Positions 47,085 through 58,809 are shown, numbered from the stretch's first letter. The stretch: 64,000 bases of DNA from an uncultured Candidatus Peribacteria bacterium (GCA_964642385.1 CAZXON010000001.1:150532-214531), one strand, 5' to 3'. The notes: generated from the sequence alone by a model not told the origin. Numbers and translations: made by a program.

Positions 47085-47699
47085 ATGTCTTACAAGAAAA
47101 CCAAAATAGCTGTCGTTGATCCCAAAACCTGATACAATAAGGCAGCTAAGATATACAAAACTTTTCACCAGGGACTAGCGAGTTACGACAAGTGATTATT
47201 CCAAAGATTTCTTCCTAGAGACCTACAATCCAAAACAATTCTAGACGTATGATCTGGTGATGCAAGAATGCATTCGTATTTTGCAGATAAATGAATTGAG
47301 AAATATATTGGTTTTGATATCGCAGACGAACTGCTCAAACGCGCACCTTCTCGTGTTGAAAGAGTCATTGGTGATATTGAAGAAGAGCGACCTTTCCCAG
47401 ATAATAGTGTTGACATCATCCTATGTTTCTTTGTTGTTCTTCACATTCGCGACATCAAACATCTTTTTGAAGAGGCACACAGAGTCCTGAAGGATGGCGG
47501 AACGATGGTTGTACTCCACAATGCTCAAAGACGTTCCTTTATATATACGCTTCCTTCAGACACATTTAAGATTGAAGACTATCATCGAAGAGACGCCGAG
47601 GTTGAAGAATCAGCATCAAATGCGTGATTTTCTATTGATAGCATCATCCTAGAAGAAGATTCTACACATATAGCAACATTATATAATATGAAAACATAA
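47085..47699 (+). CDS. class I SAM-dependent methyltransferase (204 aa)
   Basis: Motifs ..TILDVGSGDARM.. and ..VLKDGGTMVVLH... ATG 47085, TAA 47697-47699. Confidence 0.75.
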
Positions 47700-47723
47700 A
47701 AATAAATTTCACCTAGGCAACTG

Positions 47724-47804
47724 TAGACAACGAAGTTGTTGCCCGTCCTATCATTGCGCAACTAGCCAACCAAAGATAGTACGGGCACCCCGACTTCGTC
47801 GGGG
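47724..47804 (+). repeat. GC-rich long-hairpin element, copy B
   Basis: TAGACAACGAAGTTG, then GCCCGTCCTATC..(loop with CTAG)..GATAGTACGGGC, then CCCCGAC-ttc-GTCGGGG. Confidence 0.75.
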
Positions 47805-48087
47805 AAAAAAGGCAAAGAAAAAAATATTTTATCTGCTTTTATTGTGGACCATGACCGATTCCTTAAACGAGAATCATAACTGAAACAAAACAATAAACGT
47901 AATGGAACTTATGCGTTCTTTGAAACATTGGATTTTGACCTTTTTAAGAAATGAGCATCCATGGAATTTAATTCTCGTAGACCACAATGCAAATAAACAA
48001 ATAATTAAAAACGAATAAATATTTGAAAATAAAATCAAAAACATAAAACATTTCCTATCAAAACTATATTATCATTGAACAGCTTCG

Positions 48088-48663
48088 ATGAAAGAATATT
48101 CAAAACAATTCCTTACAATATTAAAAAAACAAGATGCGTCTGCATTTTGAGAAATCTATGATACATATGTAGATGTCTTTTATCGTTACATAAAAGCCCA
48201 TTATAAGATAGATGAAAATGATGCACAAGATATTCTTAGTGATATTTTTGTGAAAATATGGCAAACACTCCCTCGCATTGATCTAGATTGATCACTATCG
48301 TGATTTTTACGAACCATTGCGAAAAACCACATCATCGATCACTTCAAACGTCACAAAGAAATTCCATTCTGATCGCTTAGCGCAAGAAACACTGATACAG
48401 AAAAAGAAGAGCGTTGGGAGCTTACACTGCAAGACCCAGCAGACGTTCTTGAATCATGCAATATTTCTTTCACACATGAAAAAATTCAAGAAGCCCTAGA
48501 AAGATTAGATGAGAACTATAGAGATCCACTAGTGTTAAAATTCGTAGAAGATTTGTCATATGAAGAAATATCGCAAACATTAAATATTTCACAAGATACA
48601 GTGAGACAAAGAATTTCAAGATGACTCAAAAAGCTTATTGAAACCGCATGAAATATACAATAA
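48088..48663 (+). CDS. sigma-70 family (ECF-like) RNA polymerase sigma factor (191 aa)
   Basis: Region 2 reads ..DAQDILSDIFVKIWQ..FLRTIAKNHIIDHFKR... Region 4 reads ..YRDPLVLKFVEDLSYEEISQTLNISQDTVRQRISRG... TAA 48661-48663. Confidence 0.8.
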
Positions 48664-48840
48664 TTTCTCATTATGTCAACCCAAAAACAATAGGTCCCAC
48701 CTACATTTAGCGACTTATTGGCTTTCTTAAGCTATTTTAAGAGGTTTGCGCAAAAGAATGGCTTATGTAAGTTTCTCTTGAAAACGGATTTCTAACGATT
48801 ACATTGGTGGTACATTTATATCTTTACTTCTTTGTATAAC

Positions 48841-49116
48841 ATGACAAAGACACAACTTATTGCTCACCTAGCGAGCAAACTTGGTATCTCTAAGAGATTA
48901 TCAAACGACGCAATCAAAGTACTAGTAGACGGAATCATCGCAACTGTTAAAAAAGGTGGTGAAGTAAGAATTCAAGGATTTGGTACATTCAAGAGTTCTA
49001 AAAGAGCTGCTAGAATGGGTGTTAATCCAAGAAATCCTTCTCAAAAAATCAAAATCCCTGCAATGAGAGTTGTTTCTTTCAAAGCTGGATCTGATTTCAA
49101 AAAGGCTGTTAGATAA
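48841..49116 (+). CDS. hup: HU/IHF-family DNA-binding protein (91 aa)
   Basis: Motif MTKTQLIAHLA...VRIQGFGTFKSSKRAARMGVNPRNPSQKIKIPAMRVVSFKAG. Corresponds to track ORF 48832-49116. Confidence 0.9.
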   Translation: MTKTQLIAHLASKLGISKRLSNDAIKVLVDGIIATVKKGGEVRIQGFGTFKSSKRAARMGVNPRNPSQKIKIPAMRVVSFKAGSDFKKAVR

Positions 49117-49145
49117 TTCAATATCTCACTATAGCCTTCCTAAAG

Positions 49146-49167
49146 CCCTTCTTCGGAAGGGTTTTTT
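49146..49167 (+). terminator. intrinsic terminator after the HU gene
   Basis: CCCTTC-ttcg-GAAGGG followed by a T6 run. Confidence 0.8.
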
Positions 49168-49174
49168 GGTAATT

Positions 49175-49235
49175 AAATCTGCTTCTGAACGAGGCTCAAT
49201 TCTTTGTTCGCAGAAAGAAAAAAAGTTTTGTATCT
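49175..49235 (+). repeat. short copy of the CTCTGAACGAGG element
   Basis: aaatctGCTTCTGAACGAGGCtcaaTTCTTTGTTCGCAGAAAGaaaaaaag. Confidence 0.65.
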
Positions 49236-49283
49236 GTCAATCAAAAAGATATATATGATAGTATATTTATTTTGTCTTCTTCG

Positions 49284-50597
49284 ATGATGATCTCCATAAT
49301 CAAAAAAATTATCTTGTACAAGTATCGATTCCCATCTTTCTCTCAATCAACCATCTATCAGTGGTGGAAAAAAATGTATGCGAAGGTCGCCTGTGCATAT
49401 TATGGAAATCCTGCAAAAAATATGTTTATCATAGGAGTAACAGGGACCGATGGTAAAACAACAACCTGTAACATCATCCATCACCTACTACAAAGCAATC
49501 TTGGCAATACCGCAATGATTAGCACTGCAACAATTAAAATAGGAACAGAAACTTTTCCTAACACATATAAAATGACGTCGTTGGATCCAATGAAAATGTG
49601 GAACATTATTGAAATAGCCAAAAACGCTTGATGTGAGTATTTGATTCTTGAAGTAGCTTCTCACGCACTTCATCAACACAGATTTGAAAACATAGATTTC
49701 GATATGGCAGTTCTAACGAATATCACGCCCGAACACCTCGATTATCACAAAACAATGGAACAATATGCCAGAACGAAATTACAACTCTTCATGCAAGTTA
49801 TGAAAAATAAAAAACCAACGAAAATGGCTATTTTACCAAAAGATGATGAGTTCGGAAGAAAATGGATTGAAGAATTATTTTTTGACAAAATGCTTACATA
49901 CAGCATAAATACATCATCAATGATCAAGTGAGAACACATTGAATTAAAATATAATCACACAACTTTTTCGTTCAACTATTTGGGAAATGAAACCACCATT
50001 CAGATGGATCTTCCAGGTGTTTACAATGTTTACAATACTCTTGCAGCAACAGGCGTAGCTCTTCTTTTATGAATACCACAAGAAAAAATTGCAAAAGATA
50101 TGGCGGTTTTCCAACCCGTAGTATGACGTATGGAACCGATTGTACACAACAATGTTCGTTATTTTGTAGATTTCGCTCACACGCCAAATGCTCTCAAATC
50201 AGCACTCAACTATATAAACGCAATAAAAGAAAAATGAAGAACAATTTTGGTCTTTGGCGCACCGGGAAATAGAGATACATTTAAAAGACCAGAAATGTGA
50301 AGATTGGCTGATCAACTAGCTGATATTGTTATAGTAACTGATGACGACCCAGATACAGAACTTCGTTTGAATATCATCAAAGATATTAAAGCTGGAATAG
50401 GTAGACCTTTGGGTGAATCTTTTATGATTTTACCTGAAAGAGAAGAAGCTTTACGCATGGCATGTGAAATTGCACAAGCATGAGATATAGTACTCTGTGC
50501 AGGTAAGTGACATGAAAATATCCAACTCACGAACCAATGAAAAAGGCCTTGGAATGACAAAAAAAAGTTAGAAGAGATACTAAAAAGTTTGAAATAG
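49284..50597 (+). CDS. murE: Mur ligase, MurE-type (UDP-MurNAc-L-Ala-D-Glu:diamino-acid ligase)
   Basis: Motifs GVTGTDGKTTT, LEVASHAL, TNITPEHLDYH, VVGRME and VDFAHTPNAL. Track pieces 49272-49631 and 49641-49931 are co-framed. TAG 50595-50597. The start may be TTG 49272 or ATG 49284. Confidence 0.85.
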
Positions 50598-50699
50598 CTT
50601 CTCGTATATACAATGTGTATACAACAGAATAAATAATTGTTTATCCTCTCTATAATGACTAAACGGCCACAGGTAAATTTTTATTGTTTTAAATCTTAG

Positions 50700-51239
50700 A
50701 TGCTTGTCAAACAAATACTTTCTTTTTTTTCAACATCTAATTCGTACAGCATAGCTAGAGAAGAGTTACACGATATTAGAAACTATCAAAGCGGTGATGG
50801 CTTACGCGACATAAATTGGAAAAAAACTGCCACATTTGATTCGCTCATGACAAATACATTTGATGACGAAAATAAAATAGCATGATGCGTGGTTTTTGTT
50901 ATAAATCAAAACATGAAAAAATGACTATATAAATCAACGGTAAAGCGACATAAAGAACTCATCGAACAAATCTCGACCAGTGCGAGGAAAGCTGAAGTTG
51001 GTACTATTAGAACGAAAATTCTATCCAAGCCACCAAGGGGATCAGATTATCAACTGGAAAAACAGGTTGTTATTAGTGATTTTTTTTGGGACTCCTCTGC
51101 GCTCCGTGACTTTCTTCAAGCATGCCAAAAATGAGTAGCGAGGGGTATCATACCGCAGTTATATACACAAACAGGAGCGTTTTTTCATCCATTACTCATT
51201 AAATATCCTCATTATTTTTTCTCTCAAGATCTTACCTAA
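50700..51239 (+). CDS. short DUF58-like protein (179 aa)
   Basis: Motif ..DIRNYQSGDGLRDINWKKTA... Track ORF 50700-50885 extends across TGA to TAA 51237-51239. Confidence 0.55.
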
Positions 51240-51304
51240 GTTTTTTATCTAAAATTTTTGCAGAATTATAATGTAAAAAACACTACCCTTGCGAGTAATG
51301 TTTT

Positions 51305-51391
51305 TGGTGCCTGAAGGGGGAATCGAACCCCCACTCCCTTGCAGGAACCAGATTTTGAGTCTAGCGCGTCTACCAGTTCCGCCATCCAGGC
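51305..51391 (-). tRNA. tRNA-Leu (anticodon CAA), class II with long variable arm, CCA encoded
   Basis: Minus-strand sequence is GCCTGGA-TG-GCGG..-CTAGA-CTCAAAA-TCTGG-TTCCTGCAAGGGAGT-GGGGG-TTCGATT-CCCCC-TTCAGGC-ACCA. All four stems pair, and the anticodon loop is C-U-CAA-A-A. Confidence 0.9.
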
Positions 51392-51566
51392 ATATATATT
51401 TCATAGATTTTTCTTGGTTTTGTCTTTGAGTTTTCATTTTTTTTCAGTACACTTCAGACACAACTGTGTTTAAACCTACTGAAATTGGAGGAAAAATCAA
51501 TTGATTTTTCGATACAATCTGAGTATATAGACTATGTTGTGTGTTTTATTCGTTATTTAAGCAAAA

Positions 51567-51989
51567 ATGGCAATTGATCTTAACAGAGTGATGATCCTTG
51601 GGAGATGCGCAAGTGACCTAGAAGTGAAAAAGATTGAATCAACTGGTTCTTCTGTTGTAAACTTCACAGTCGCAACAAACAGAAAGTACAAAAACAAAGA
51701 TGGTAATCTTTTAGAAGAAGCTGAATATCATAGATGTGTAGCCTATGCCAATAGCGCTGATGTGCTTGGAAAATATCTTGTAAAAGGCAAAAAAATTTAT
51801 GTAGAAGGTAGATTGAAAACCAGAAAACGACAAGATAGCAATGGTGCTGACAGATACTCAACTGAAATTATCGTTGAAAACTTCATCTTCTTAGATCCTA
51901 AGTGACCTCAAGGAGAAACCGAAACATTTGTAGCAGAACACGAAGAAGAAATTGCACATGATATCCCTACCGACGATCTACCATTCTAG
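51567..51989 (+). CDS. ssb: single-stranded DNA-binding protein (140 aa)
   Basis: OB-fold reads ..NRVMILGRCASDLEVKK...AEYHRCVAY..KGKKIYVEGRLKTRK... The acidic tail ..DIPTDDLPF is reached only by reading through TGA 51903-51905. TAG 51987-51989. Confidence 0.9.
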
Positions 51990-52074
51990 TCTATGAAAAC
52001 GGGAATTAACCGCTAATAACGGCATACCTGAAAAACAACCATAATGATCATTTATCTTACTATGCCAGATAGGT

Positions 52075-52728
52075 ATGACCTCATTTATTTTTAAGACCTC
52101 AAATGAAAATCTCTGAGGACGGAAACGCTCTGTCCTTGAGATTTTTGATATATTTGCATTTCTCGTATTTATTGCAGGTGCCGCTTGAATCGTAAGGTTT
52201 TTTGTATTCATGCCATATACAGTGGAATGATCAAGCATGGCGAGTACTTTTCACAATAAAGACTTCATCCTTGTGGACAAAATAACACCAAGATATGGCA
52301 CGCTCAATAGAGGAGATGTTATTGTTTTCATACCGCCATGAAAAGATGTACCTTTCATAAAAAGAATCGTTTGATTACCTGGAGAAAAAATTAAAATATT
52401 CGGAGGGAATGTATATATTTGCCCTAGCGGAACAGGAAACAATAATGATTGTATAGAACTCCCTGAGGGCTACCTTATCAATGAATGATGAAAAAAAAGT
52501 GAAACCGAAGCTAGATGCTGAATTTCCTCATTTGAAATAACTGGTGGATATTTCGTAATGTGAGACAATAGATGATACAGCACAGATTCCCGCTGTTGTT
52601 TTGGTTTATGATGTACAGCCAACAGTCAATATGTTGTAGCGACGGATCATATTATAGGCAAGGTATTTGCAAGAGTATTACCTACTCTTACTTCTTTCAC
52701 AAATCAATCCATTTGGTATACTAAATAA
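52075..52728 (+). CDS. lepB: signal peptidase I (217 aa)
   Basis: Motifs PYTVEGSSMASTF, GDVIVF, IKRIVGLPGEKI and VMGDNRGYSTDSR. ATG 52075, TAA 52726-52728. Confidence 0.88.
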
Positions 52729-52784
52729 TCTACGTCATGTTCACAATCGCACATTATACATTCATAGAATATCTGAGAAAAAAA

Positions 52785-53495
52785 ATGCTCTATATCATTG
52801 TGTGACTTGGAGCTCTTTTGATGGTTGGAACAGTACTAGCTGGATCTCTAGCTCTCTCAGAACAAACAAAAGTAATTAGAGATTTTAGTATTGGTCTGAT
52901 AGAAATCGCCGGGCTAATTTTAGTTTTATTCTTCTGATCAAGCGTCTTACAACAAGAAATTTCTAATAACACTATTTTTCTTCTCAATGCAAAAAACGTT
53001 AAAAGAAGCAATATAATTTTAGGCAAATTTTTGGGATTCAGCTTGGTAATATGGATTTTTATCGCTCTTATGACAGCGGTTTTTCTGATCATATCGTTTT
53101 TGTACAAAGTACCACTTACCTGAATGTATTTTTTGGCGATAATTGGTATTGGTATAAAATTAGAAGTGCTCCTTGCGATTTGTTTGTTTTTTTCTTCGTT
53201 TGTTTCATCTTTCGTAAGTTTGTTAGTCTCTCTTCTCATATATTTTCTAGCACATACGCTAAGTTTTGTCGTGTATTATACAACCGTTCTAAAAAAAGAA
53301 AATTATGGTCCTGTATTCACTCTTGCTATACAATGATTTTATCATATCTTCCCAAACTTTACTGCGTTAAGTATTCAGGATTTTTTTGATGTGCCGTTTC
53401 TCCCTACTGCACTATCGGGATCTTTTGCATGGACGGTCGCATTTCACATTATCTATATAATCATTCTCTTGTTTCTGACTGTCCGTATTTTTAAC
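52785..53495 (+). CDS. polytopic membrane protein (236 aa), ABC-2-permease-like
   Basis: ATG 52785. Track ORF 53124-53336 is in frame. Six hydrophobic helices. TAA 53493-53495. Confidence 0.55.
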
Positions 53496-53564
53496 AAAAA
53501 ACAATTTTAATAGAAGATTTTTTTTATATACTTAAAAGTGATTTTATAAGATAACATACCTTGT

Positions 53565-54161
53565 ATGGTAAAAGTATTCTCTAATTTTGACACCAAGGCA
53601 CCAATCAAAAATTACGCAAATGCCGTACAGGAATATGGTTTTGATAGGGTCGTGTTTGTGCGTAGATATGGCATATATCTTTTACTTCATGTGTTTGTTC
53701 CTATTATTGGTGCTTTATTAAGCGGGTTTTGAGCCATCAATTTTTTTCTTCAAACATGAGATGAAGGAGTATCTAGACTACTAAACACAGCTACTGGCAT
53801 ATTTTTGTCTGTTATAACACTAGTTCTTTTGTTTTTTGCTCTAGCAAGATATTTAAATTATCTCTTGGATTACACTATAATCACTCCTGAATTTGTAGCT
53901 GAATACAATCAATCAGGGATTCTCCATAGAACTATCACAACAATTGAAATAGACAAGATCAAAACTATTAACTTTTCAAGTGGCGGATTGTTATGAAGTC
54001 TTTTTAACTATTGAAGAGTGGATATTCTTTTGGAATGAGATGAATCAGGGAGAGGCGACCTAACTATTGATTTCGTATTCAATCCTGAAGAAATAAAGTA
54101 TAAAATATTGGATATGATGGGAAGGGTTGAGTATAAAAAAACGACAGAGAAAGAAGCATAG
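53565..54161 (+). CDS. membrane protein with bacterial PH (YdbS/YdbT-like) domain (198 aa)
   Basis: Motif ..LDYTIITPEFVAEYNQSGILHRTITTIEIDKIKTINFSSGGLLGSLFNYGRVDIL... Track ORF 53805-53996 is in frame. TAG 54159-54161. Confidence 0.7.
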
Positions 54162-54249
54162 GATTTTTTTGCAATTATGTGGATGAGAAAAAAACGTATT
54201 TCCTATTAAATGAATGAGATTTTTAAGCAAGTCTTGGGTCTGATTTTTT

Positions 54250-54645
54250 TTAATTATATTGGCTGAATGTTGGCATAATAGAAAAAAAGAGGTCAAGATA
54301 TGTTTCTTGCCTCAATTTCGGTAAATACCCGATTATTTGTTTTCTTTGATTGTTACCGTACCATTTAGCATTCCGAAGGAAGATATCTTCCTGTAACGTG
54401 TAGGTTTCTACATCTTCACCCTCTTTCATTGGTCGCGACAAATACCAAAGATTATCTTCTTTCCACGTTACCATGACCAATTTTTGTCCTTTAGGTAGTG
54501 TGTAAGTTGCATTTCCACCGAAGTTTCTTGCCCTTTGATTTTGAGTGCAACTTACGGTAAGAACAACACAAAGAAACATAAATCCTGCAATTAGCAGGTT
54601 GTGGCCTCTATTAATAATAGTGAGCCAACTTGATTTCGTATTCAT
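54250..54645 (-). CDS. lipoprotein (131 aa), free of TGA codons
   Basis: Intact track ORF. Lipobox ..VVLTVSC-TQ.. follows a hydrophobic helix. Confidence 0.65.
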   Translation of the reverse strand: MNTKSSWLTIINRGHNLLIAGFMFLCVVLTVSCTQNQRARNFGGNATYTLPKGQKLVMVTWKEDNLWYLSRPMKEGEDVETYTLQEDIFLRNAKWYGNNQRKQIIGYLPKLRQETYLDLFFSIMPTFSQYN

Positions 54646-54924
54646 TTTGTTATGTTTTATGTGTTTATAATATATGCTTAATGCAAAAAGTCAACACATT
54701 TTGGCTTCAAGCTAGAAAAAAACGAGGTATAATCTAACTATCTTTCTGTCTACGTTCTTTATCTAGAAAAAATTTATTCTATTTTTCTATCATATAATTC
54801 TTTAAAAATTTTTGATCAATCGCCGACGCATTTTTTGTTTAAAAAAACTAGGAAATCCAATCGGGTAAAGATAATTCTTATGAGTCGTAATTTTTATGAA
54901 AATCAAGATTTACCAAAATTTTAT

Positions 54925-54995
54925 ACATACATGAGCGCATCATCGCTACTCGCCTTATTTCGTTGCATTTTACCACATGTTTGATTGGCAAATAG
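54925..54995 (-). pseudogene. degenerate duplicate of the RNHCP gene's 3' part
   Basis: Encodes FANQTCGKMQRNKASSDDALMYV-stop, versus the real FVCEKCGKQHWNKASVDDELMNLD at ~55060-55135. The nucleotide similarity is visible by eye. Confidence 0.55.
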
Positions 54996-55034
54996 TATTT
55001 TGTTATGCTATTTTAGGCGCTTATTTTAAAAATT

Positions 55035-55352
55035 TTAACTTTTTTGTAAATTTGGATTTACCAAAGAAGCATCTAAATTCATTAGTTCGTCATCGACGCT
55101 CGCTTTATTCCAATGTTGTTTGCCACATTTTTCGCACACAAACAATATCTTTGTCATACCATTTTTGATCTCATACATTTTGGGATTCATTTTTCATCCA
55201 CAACTCTCTTGTGCTTTCCTATCTCAAGGAATATCCGCATCTACATGTTGTGATACAAAACAGAAGGGACAGTGATTGCGACAGGTTTTATCTGCTAGTG
55301 GTACCTTTTTCCCACATCCCAAACATATAAATGCTTCGTTAATTTTTTGCAT
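55035..55352 (-). CDS. RNHCP domain-containing zinc-ribbon protein (105 aa)
   Basis: Motif ..FICLGCGKKVPLADKTCRNHCPFCFVSQHVD.. followed by a second CxxC pair, ..VCEKCGKQHW... ATG at 55352, TAA at 55035-55037. Confidence 0.8.
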
Positions 55353-55410
55353 CTTTCACATCCTATATGATTTTTTAATCTAAAATAATTTTTTATAAAA
55401 AAAATCCAAA

Positions 55411-55531
55411 GTGCCGTGGAAGCGGAGATCTCTACCCCCTGAAGCTTAAGTGGTAGGCTCAGCATCATCCGAACGATGACACATAATCAGCCCCCTAGCG
55501 AATACGATGGGAAGGAGATGAAGGTTCTCAC
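55411..55531. ncRNA. GC-rich structured island (candidate small RNA, 3'-UTR element or leader); family not recognised
   Basis: About 120 nt that is far more GC-rich than its surroundings. Contains a nested hairpin GGCTCAGCATCATCC-gaac-GATGA..CAGCC, two G5 blocks and two CT-rich blocks (ATCTCC..TTCC). On the minus strand a T8 run follows (55400-55393). Confidence 0.35.
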
Positions 55532-55695
55532 AAACATCTTAGATTTATGCCTACCTTATAAAGAAATTTTTTGGATTTGCAAGAGACAAAATTTCAAATC
55601 ATCCAACCAAATGTTATCGCAATAAGTGCATTTTAACAAAAAACATGATGACAAATTTCAAAAAAAAGATAATTTAAAAAAATGACGAAATAATA

Positions 55696-56358
55696 TTATT
55701 TGTGAATATATGTTACTCTATGCTCTTTTGAGAGTCAATATTTTTGTATGGCTTGAAAGTGCCCTTTGGTTCAATAACCTTTATGAAGATGGAAATCATA
55801 CTGTGGTAAACGCTTTGCTACACGATACATGTACGCATCACGTTCGACCTTCGCAATAATAGAAGCCGCAGAAATCATTGGTATCTTTGCATCGCCATCT
55901 ATCACGGGGACAACGGTAATTCAAAGGGCCTTTTTTAATCCAAAATCACTTGGTCCATCAATAACGAGTGTTATCTGGTATTCTATGGTTTGTATCCATT
56001 GGGTAAGCGAAATTACGCTATATTTTCCACCCACGAAATGTGCGTGCAAAGCACGCATTATCCCCTGGCGTAACGCCCAAACTATTCAATACCTATCGAT
56101 ATCTTTGGCTGAAATCTTCGCGGTGGATCGTTGAATTTTTTTGTTATCCTGTAATTCTTTAAAAAGTCTATTTCTTGCGCCCTCAGACAGTATTTTGCTG
56201 TCCTTATATGAAATATAATCAGCAATATCGCGAGCTGGGAAAACATGTCAAATATTCCAAACAGTAATCTTCGCGGGAACGTTTTCAATAATCAACCCCA
56301 CTTGGACTGGTCAAGCCAAAGGTCCACGACCGGCTTCATCTATGTAGATGTAATACAT
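55696..56358 (-). CDS. rnhB: ribonuclease HII (220 aa)
   Basis: Motifs [43 protein letters not shown] and HKGYGTKGH. Six Gly positions are TGA. TAA at 55696-55698. Confidence 0.92.
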
Positions 56359-56367
56359 GGTAATATG

Positions 56368-57189
56368 TTATCAAATAGATTGCAATTGCACCAAATTCCA
56401 AAACAAACTTGCTACCGTAACTGGTCAAACCCCTCATGGAACAGGAGTCAATGCTTGCACTTTTCATATAACCTTTTCTGTATACACATCTCATGCTGGT
56501 TTGCCTTCTCGTATACCCCATCACGCATCCACAATAATTTGATTTTTTCACAAAAACCTTTCATCTACTAGGTGTAAACTTCCTGTACAAGCCATGATAT
56601 AATCGCTTTTTCTGCAAATTTCGCGCATATCTTCTTGATTTGAAAACTCGTTAAATGTATATACATTTGCTCATAGATCGTGAAGTTTTTGTGCCAATGG
56701 TTTTCAAATCAATCAACTTTCTCCAAGTACTGCAATATTTTTGCCCACGTACTTACCGTATCAATAAAATGATAATATTGTCATTATCGCACTTGGCGTT
56801 GCAGGAAGTAACAAAGCATGATCTGATAAACCGTCTGTATCTTTTTTCGGTGAAACAGCGTTCAATATTTCTGTTTGATGTTCTTGTAAATCTGCTGGCA
56901 ATGGAAGTTGCACGATAACTCCAAGGCACATTTCATCGTGATTACATACCGCAATTTGTGCAAGAACATCTGAAAGATTTGCGTAATCTGTGTATACTTG
57001 CGCACTCAGTCACAACTTCTGTGCATACTCTATTTTTTTGCGAACATAGACCATAGATGGATGATCGAGACCACTTTCTCTTAGCGCGAAAATTGCAAGA
57101 TATCAAGCAACTTGATTATCTAGGATATATTGGTGTGTTTTCAAAAACAATTGTTCTGCAACCGGTGCGCCGTATAGTAGTTGAGTCAT
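56368..57189 (-). CDS. folD: bifunctional methylene-THF dehydrogenase/methenyl-THF cyclohydrolase (273 aa)
   Basis: Motifs LAIFALRESGLDHPSMVYVRKK, VIVQLPLP, KDTDG, ATPSAIM, VLGESGLIGKPLA and TPVPGGVGPVTVA. ATG at 57189. TAA at 56368-56370, 9 nt before the rnhB start. Confidence 0.92.
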
Positions 57190-57371
57190 CTATCTTATGT
57201 AAAAAAACATATATTCTTGCTCTATTTTGGACAACAATACCACAAGAAGTATATATTTCCAAGTATGATTTTCCATAGATTAAAGAAACAATAAAATAAT
57301 CCGTTTCTTCCAAAGATATTATGATTACAAGATTTATTGCAAATGAAATCGCGTTTGGTATACTTTAACGT

Positions 57372-58589
57372 ATGCAATCATACAAACCAGACTTCCCTAT
57401 CTTTGCACAAGATCCATGATTAATTTTTTTGGATTCTGCGGCTTCCACACAAAAACCATCGTATGTGATAGACAACATGGCGGATTTTTTGCGTAGATCA
57501 TATGCAAATATTCATCGTGGTTCGTACTCTTTGAGCGAGAAAGCAGAAGACATATACTATAAATCAAAAGAAAAGTATGCGAGTGTTGTGTGATTTTCAA
57601 GCGATGAAATCATCTATACATACAATGCTACATATGCCTATAATTTATTGACACAAACATTGCGATACTCAGGAGTTTTGAAAGAAGGAGATGTTGTGCT
57701 TGTGGATATCGCAGAACATCATGCAAATCTAGTGCCATGGCAAATGCTTTCGGAGCGCCATGGAATTATCATTGAATGGATTGATCTAGACGCAAATTTC
57801 GAGTATGATATGGACGATTTCAAAAAAAAATACATCCATGCCTCAGATGCTAATCGTGTAAAAGTTGTTTCAATAAGCGCCGCCTCAAACGTCACTGGAA
57901 GAATCTACAATCTTGAAGGCATTGCTAGTTTGCTTCGTCCTGAAACATTTTTTGTCGTTGATGGATCACAGGCAATTCCTCACGTATCAGTTGCAGATTA
58001 CGCTTGTAATGCTCGTATTGATGCACTGATTGCAACAGGACACAAAATAATGAGCGACACAGGCATCGGCATGTTAGCTCTTAGAAAGCCACATATCAAA
58101 GCTCTCAAACCAGCTCGAGGAGGATGAGGAATGATAGATAATGTAACGACGCAAGGCTACACGCTCACGAGCGGTTGGGAAAAATTCGAACCAGGAACGC
58201 CTCACATAGTTGGCTCTGCTTCGTTACTATTCGCATTGGAATACATAGAATCAATCGGCGGATATCCAGCGATGCAAAAACACGAAAATCAGCTTATTGA
58301 ATACGCATTGGATCGCATTCACCAAAACAATAATATTGATTTATTTGGTCCAACGACTACAAAAAACAGACTTGGCATATTTTCTTTTCGTCTCAAAAAC
58401 CAAGGAAATGCAAAAAGAATTTGAGAAATGTTAGCCAACGAAAATATCTGTATCAGATGCTGATGACACTGTACTCATCCGCTCTTTCAGTCGCATGGAT
58501 GAAAAGGCGCATGTAGAATATCCACATACATATACAATGATATTGCTGATCTAGAAAAAACATTTGATGCACTAGAAAATATTACATAA
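57372..58589 (+). CDS. class V aminotransferase, SufS/CsdA-like cysteine desulfurase (405 aa)
   Basis: Motifs ..IFLDSAASTQKP.., AEHHANLVPWQ, SAASNVTG, ATGHKIMSDTGIG and RCGGHCTHPL. Track pieces 57648-58127 and 58131-58424 are co-framed. Confidence 0.88.
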
Positions 58590-58748
58590 AACTATTTTTT
58601 TAATTTCACACTCTAAAAAACAGACTCAGCAAAATCATTTATCTAATTGGAAGTTGGTTGTAGTTTTGGTATAATTTTGTGGTAGAAAAACCTAATCTAA
58701 CTGGTAAAAAAACTGCATTTTAATAAATAAATATTATATTAGCCAATA

Positions 58749-58776
58749 TTGACTTGTTTATATAAATGTTTATAAT
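58749..58776 (+). promoter_or_regulatory. sigma-70-like promoter candidate
   Basis: TTGACT, a 16-nt spacer, then TATAAT, ending 34 nt upstream of ATG 58810. Confidence 0.4.
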
Positions 58777-58809
58777 ATATAATATATTTATTCGTTTTTT
58801 TTGTTACCT

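Noticed and set aside
51305-51391. The tRNA could be the UGA-decoding tRNA-Gly(UCA), because the string TCAA is present in its anticodon region.
   Set aside because: With the 5-bp anticodon stem CTAGA/TCTGG, the 7-nt loop is C-T-C-A-A-A-A, so the anticodon is CAA. The long variable arm is typical of tRNA-Leu.
55411-55531. SRP (4.5S) RNA, tmRNA, RNase P RNA, or a fluoride or TPP riboswitch.
   Set aside because: I could not find the diagnostic motifs on either strand: the GGAA tetraloop with AGCA/GGAAGCAGCC for SRP, a tRNA-like 3' end for tmRNA, GAGGAAAGUCC for RNase P, or the CUGAUGAUUCCUAC and CUGAGA...ACCUGA cores for the riboswitches. It is left unassigned.
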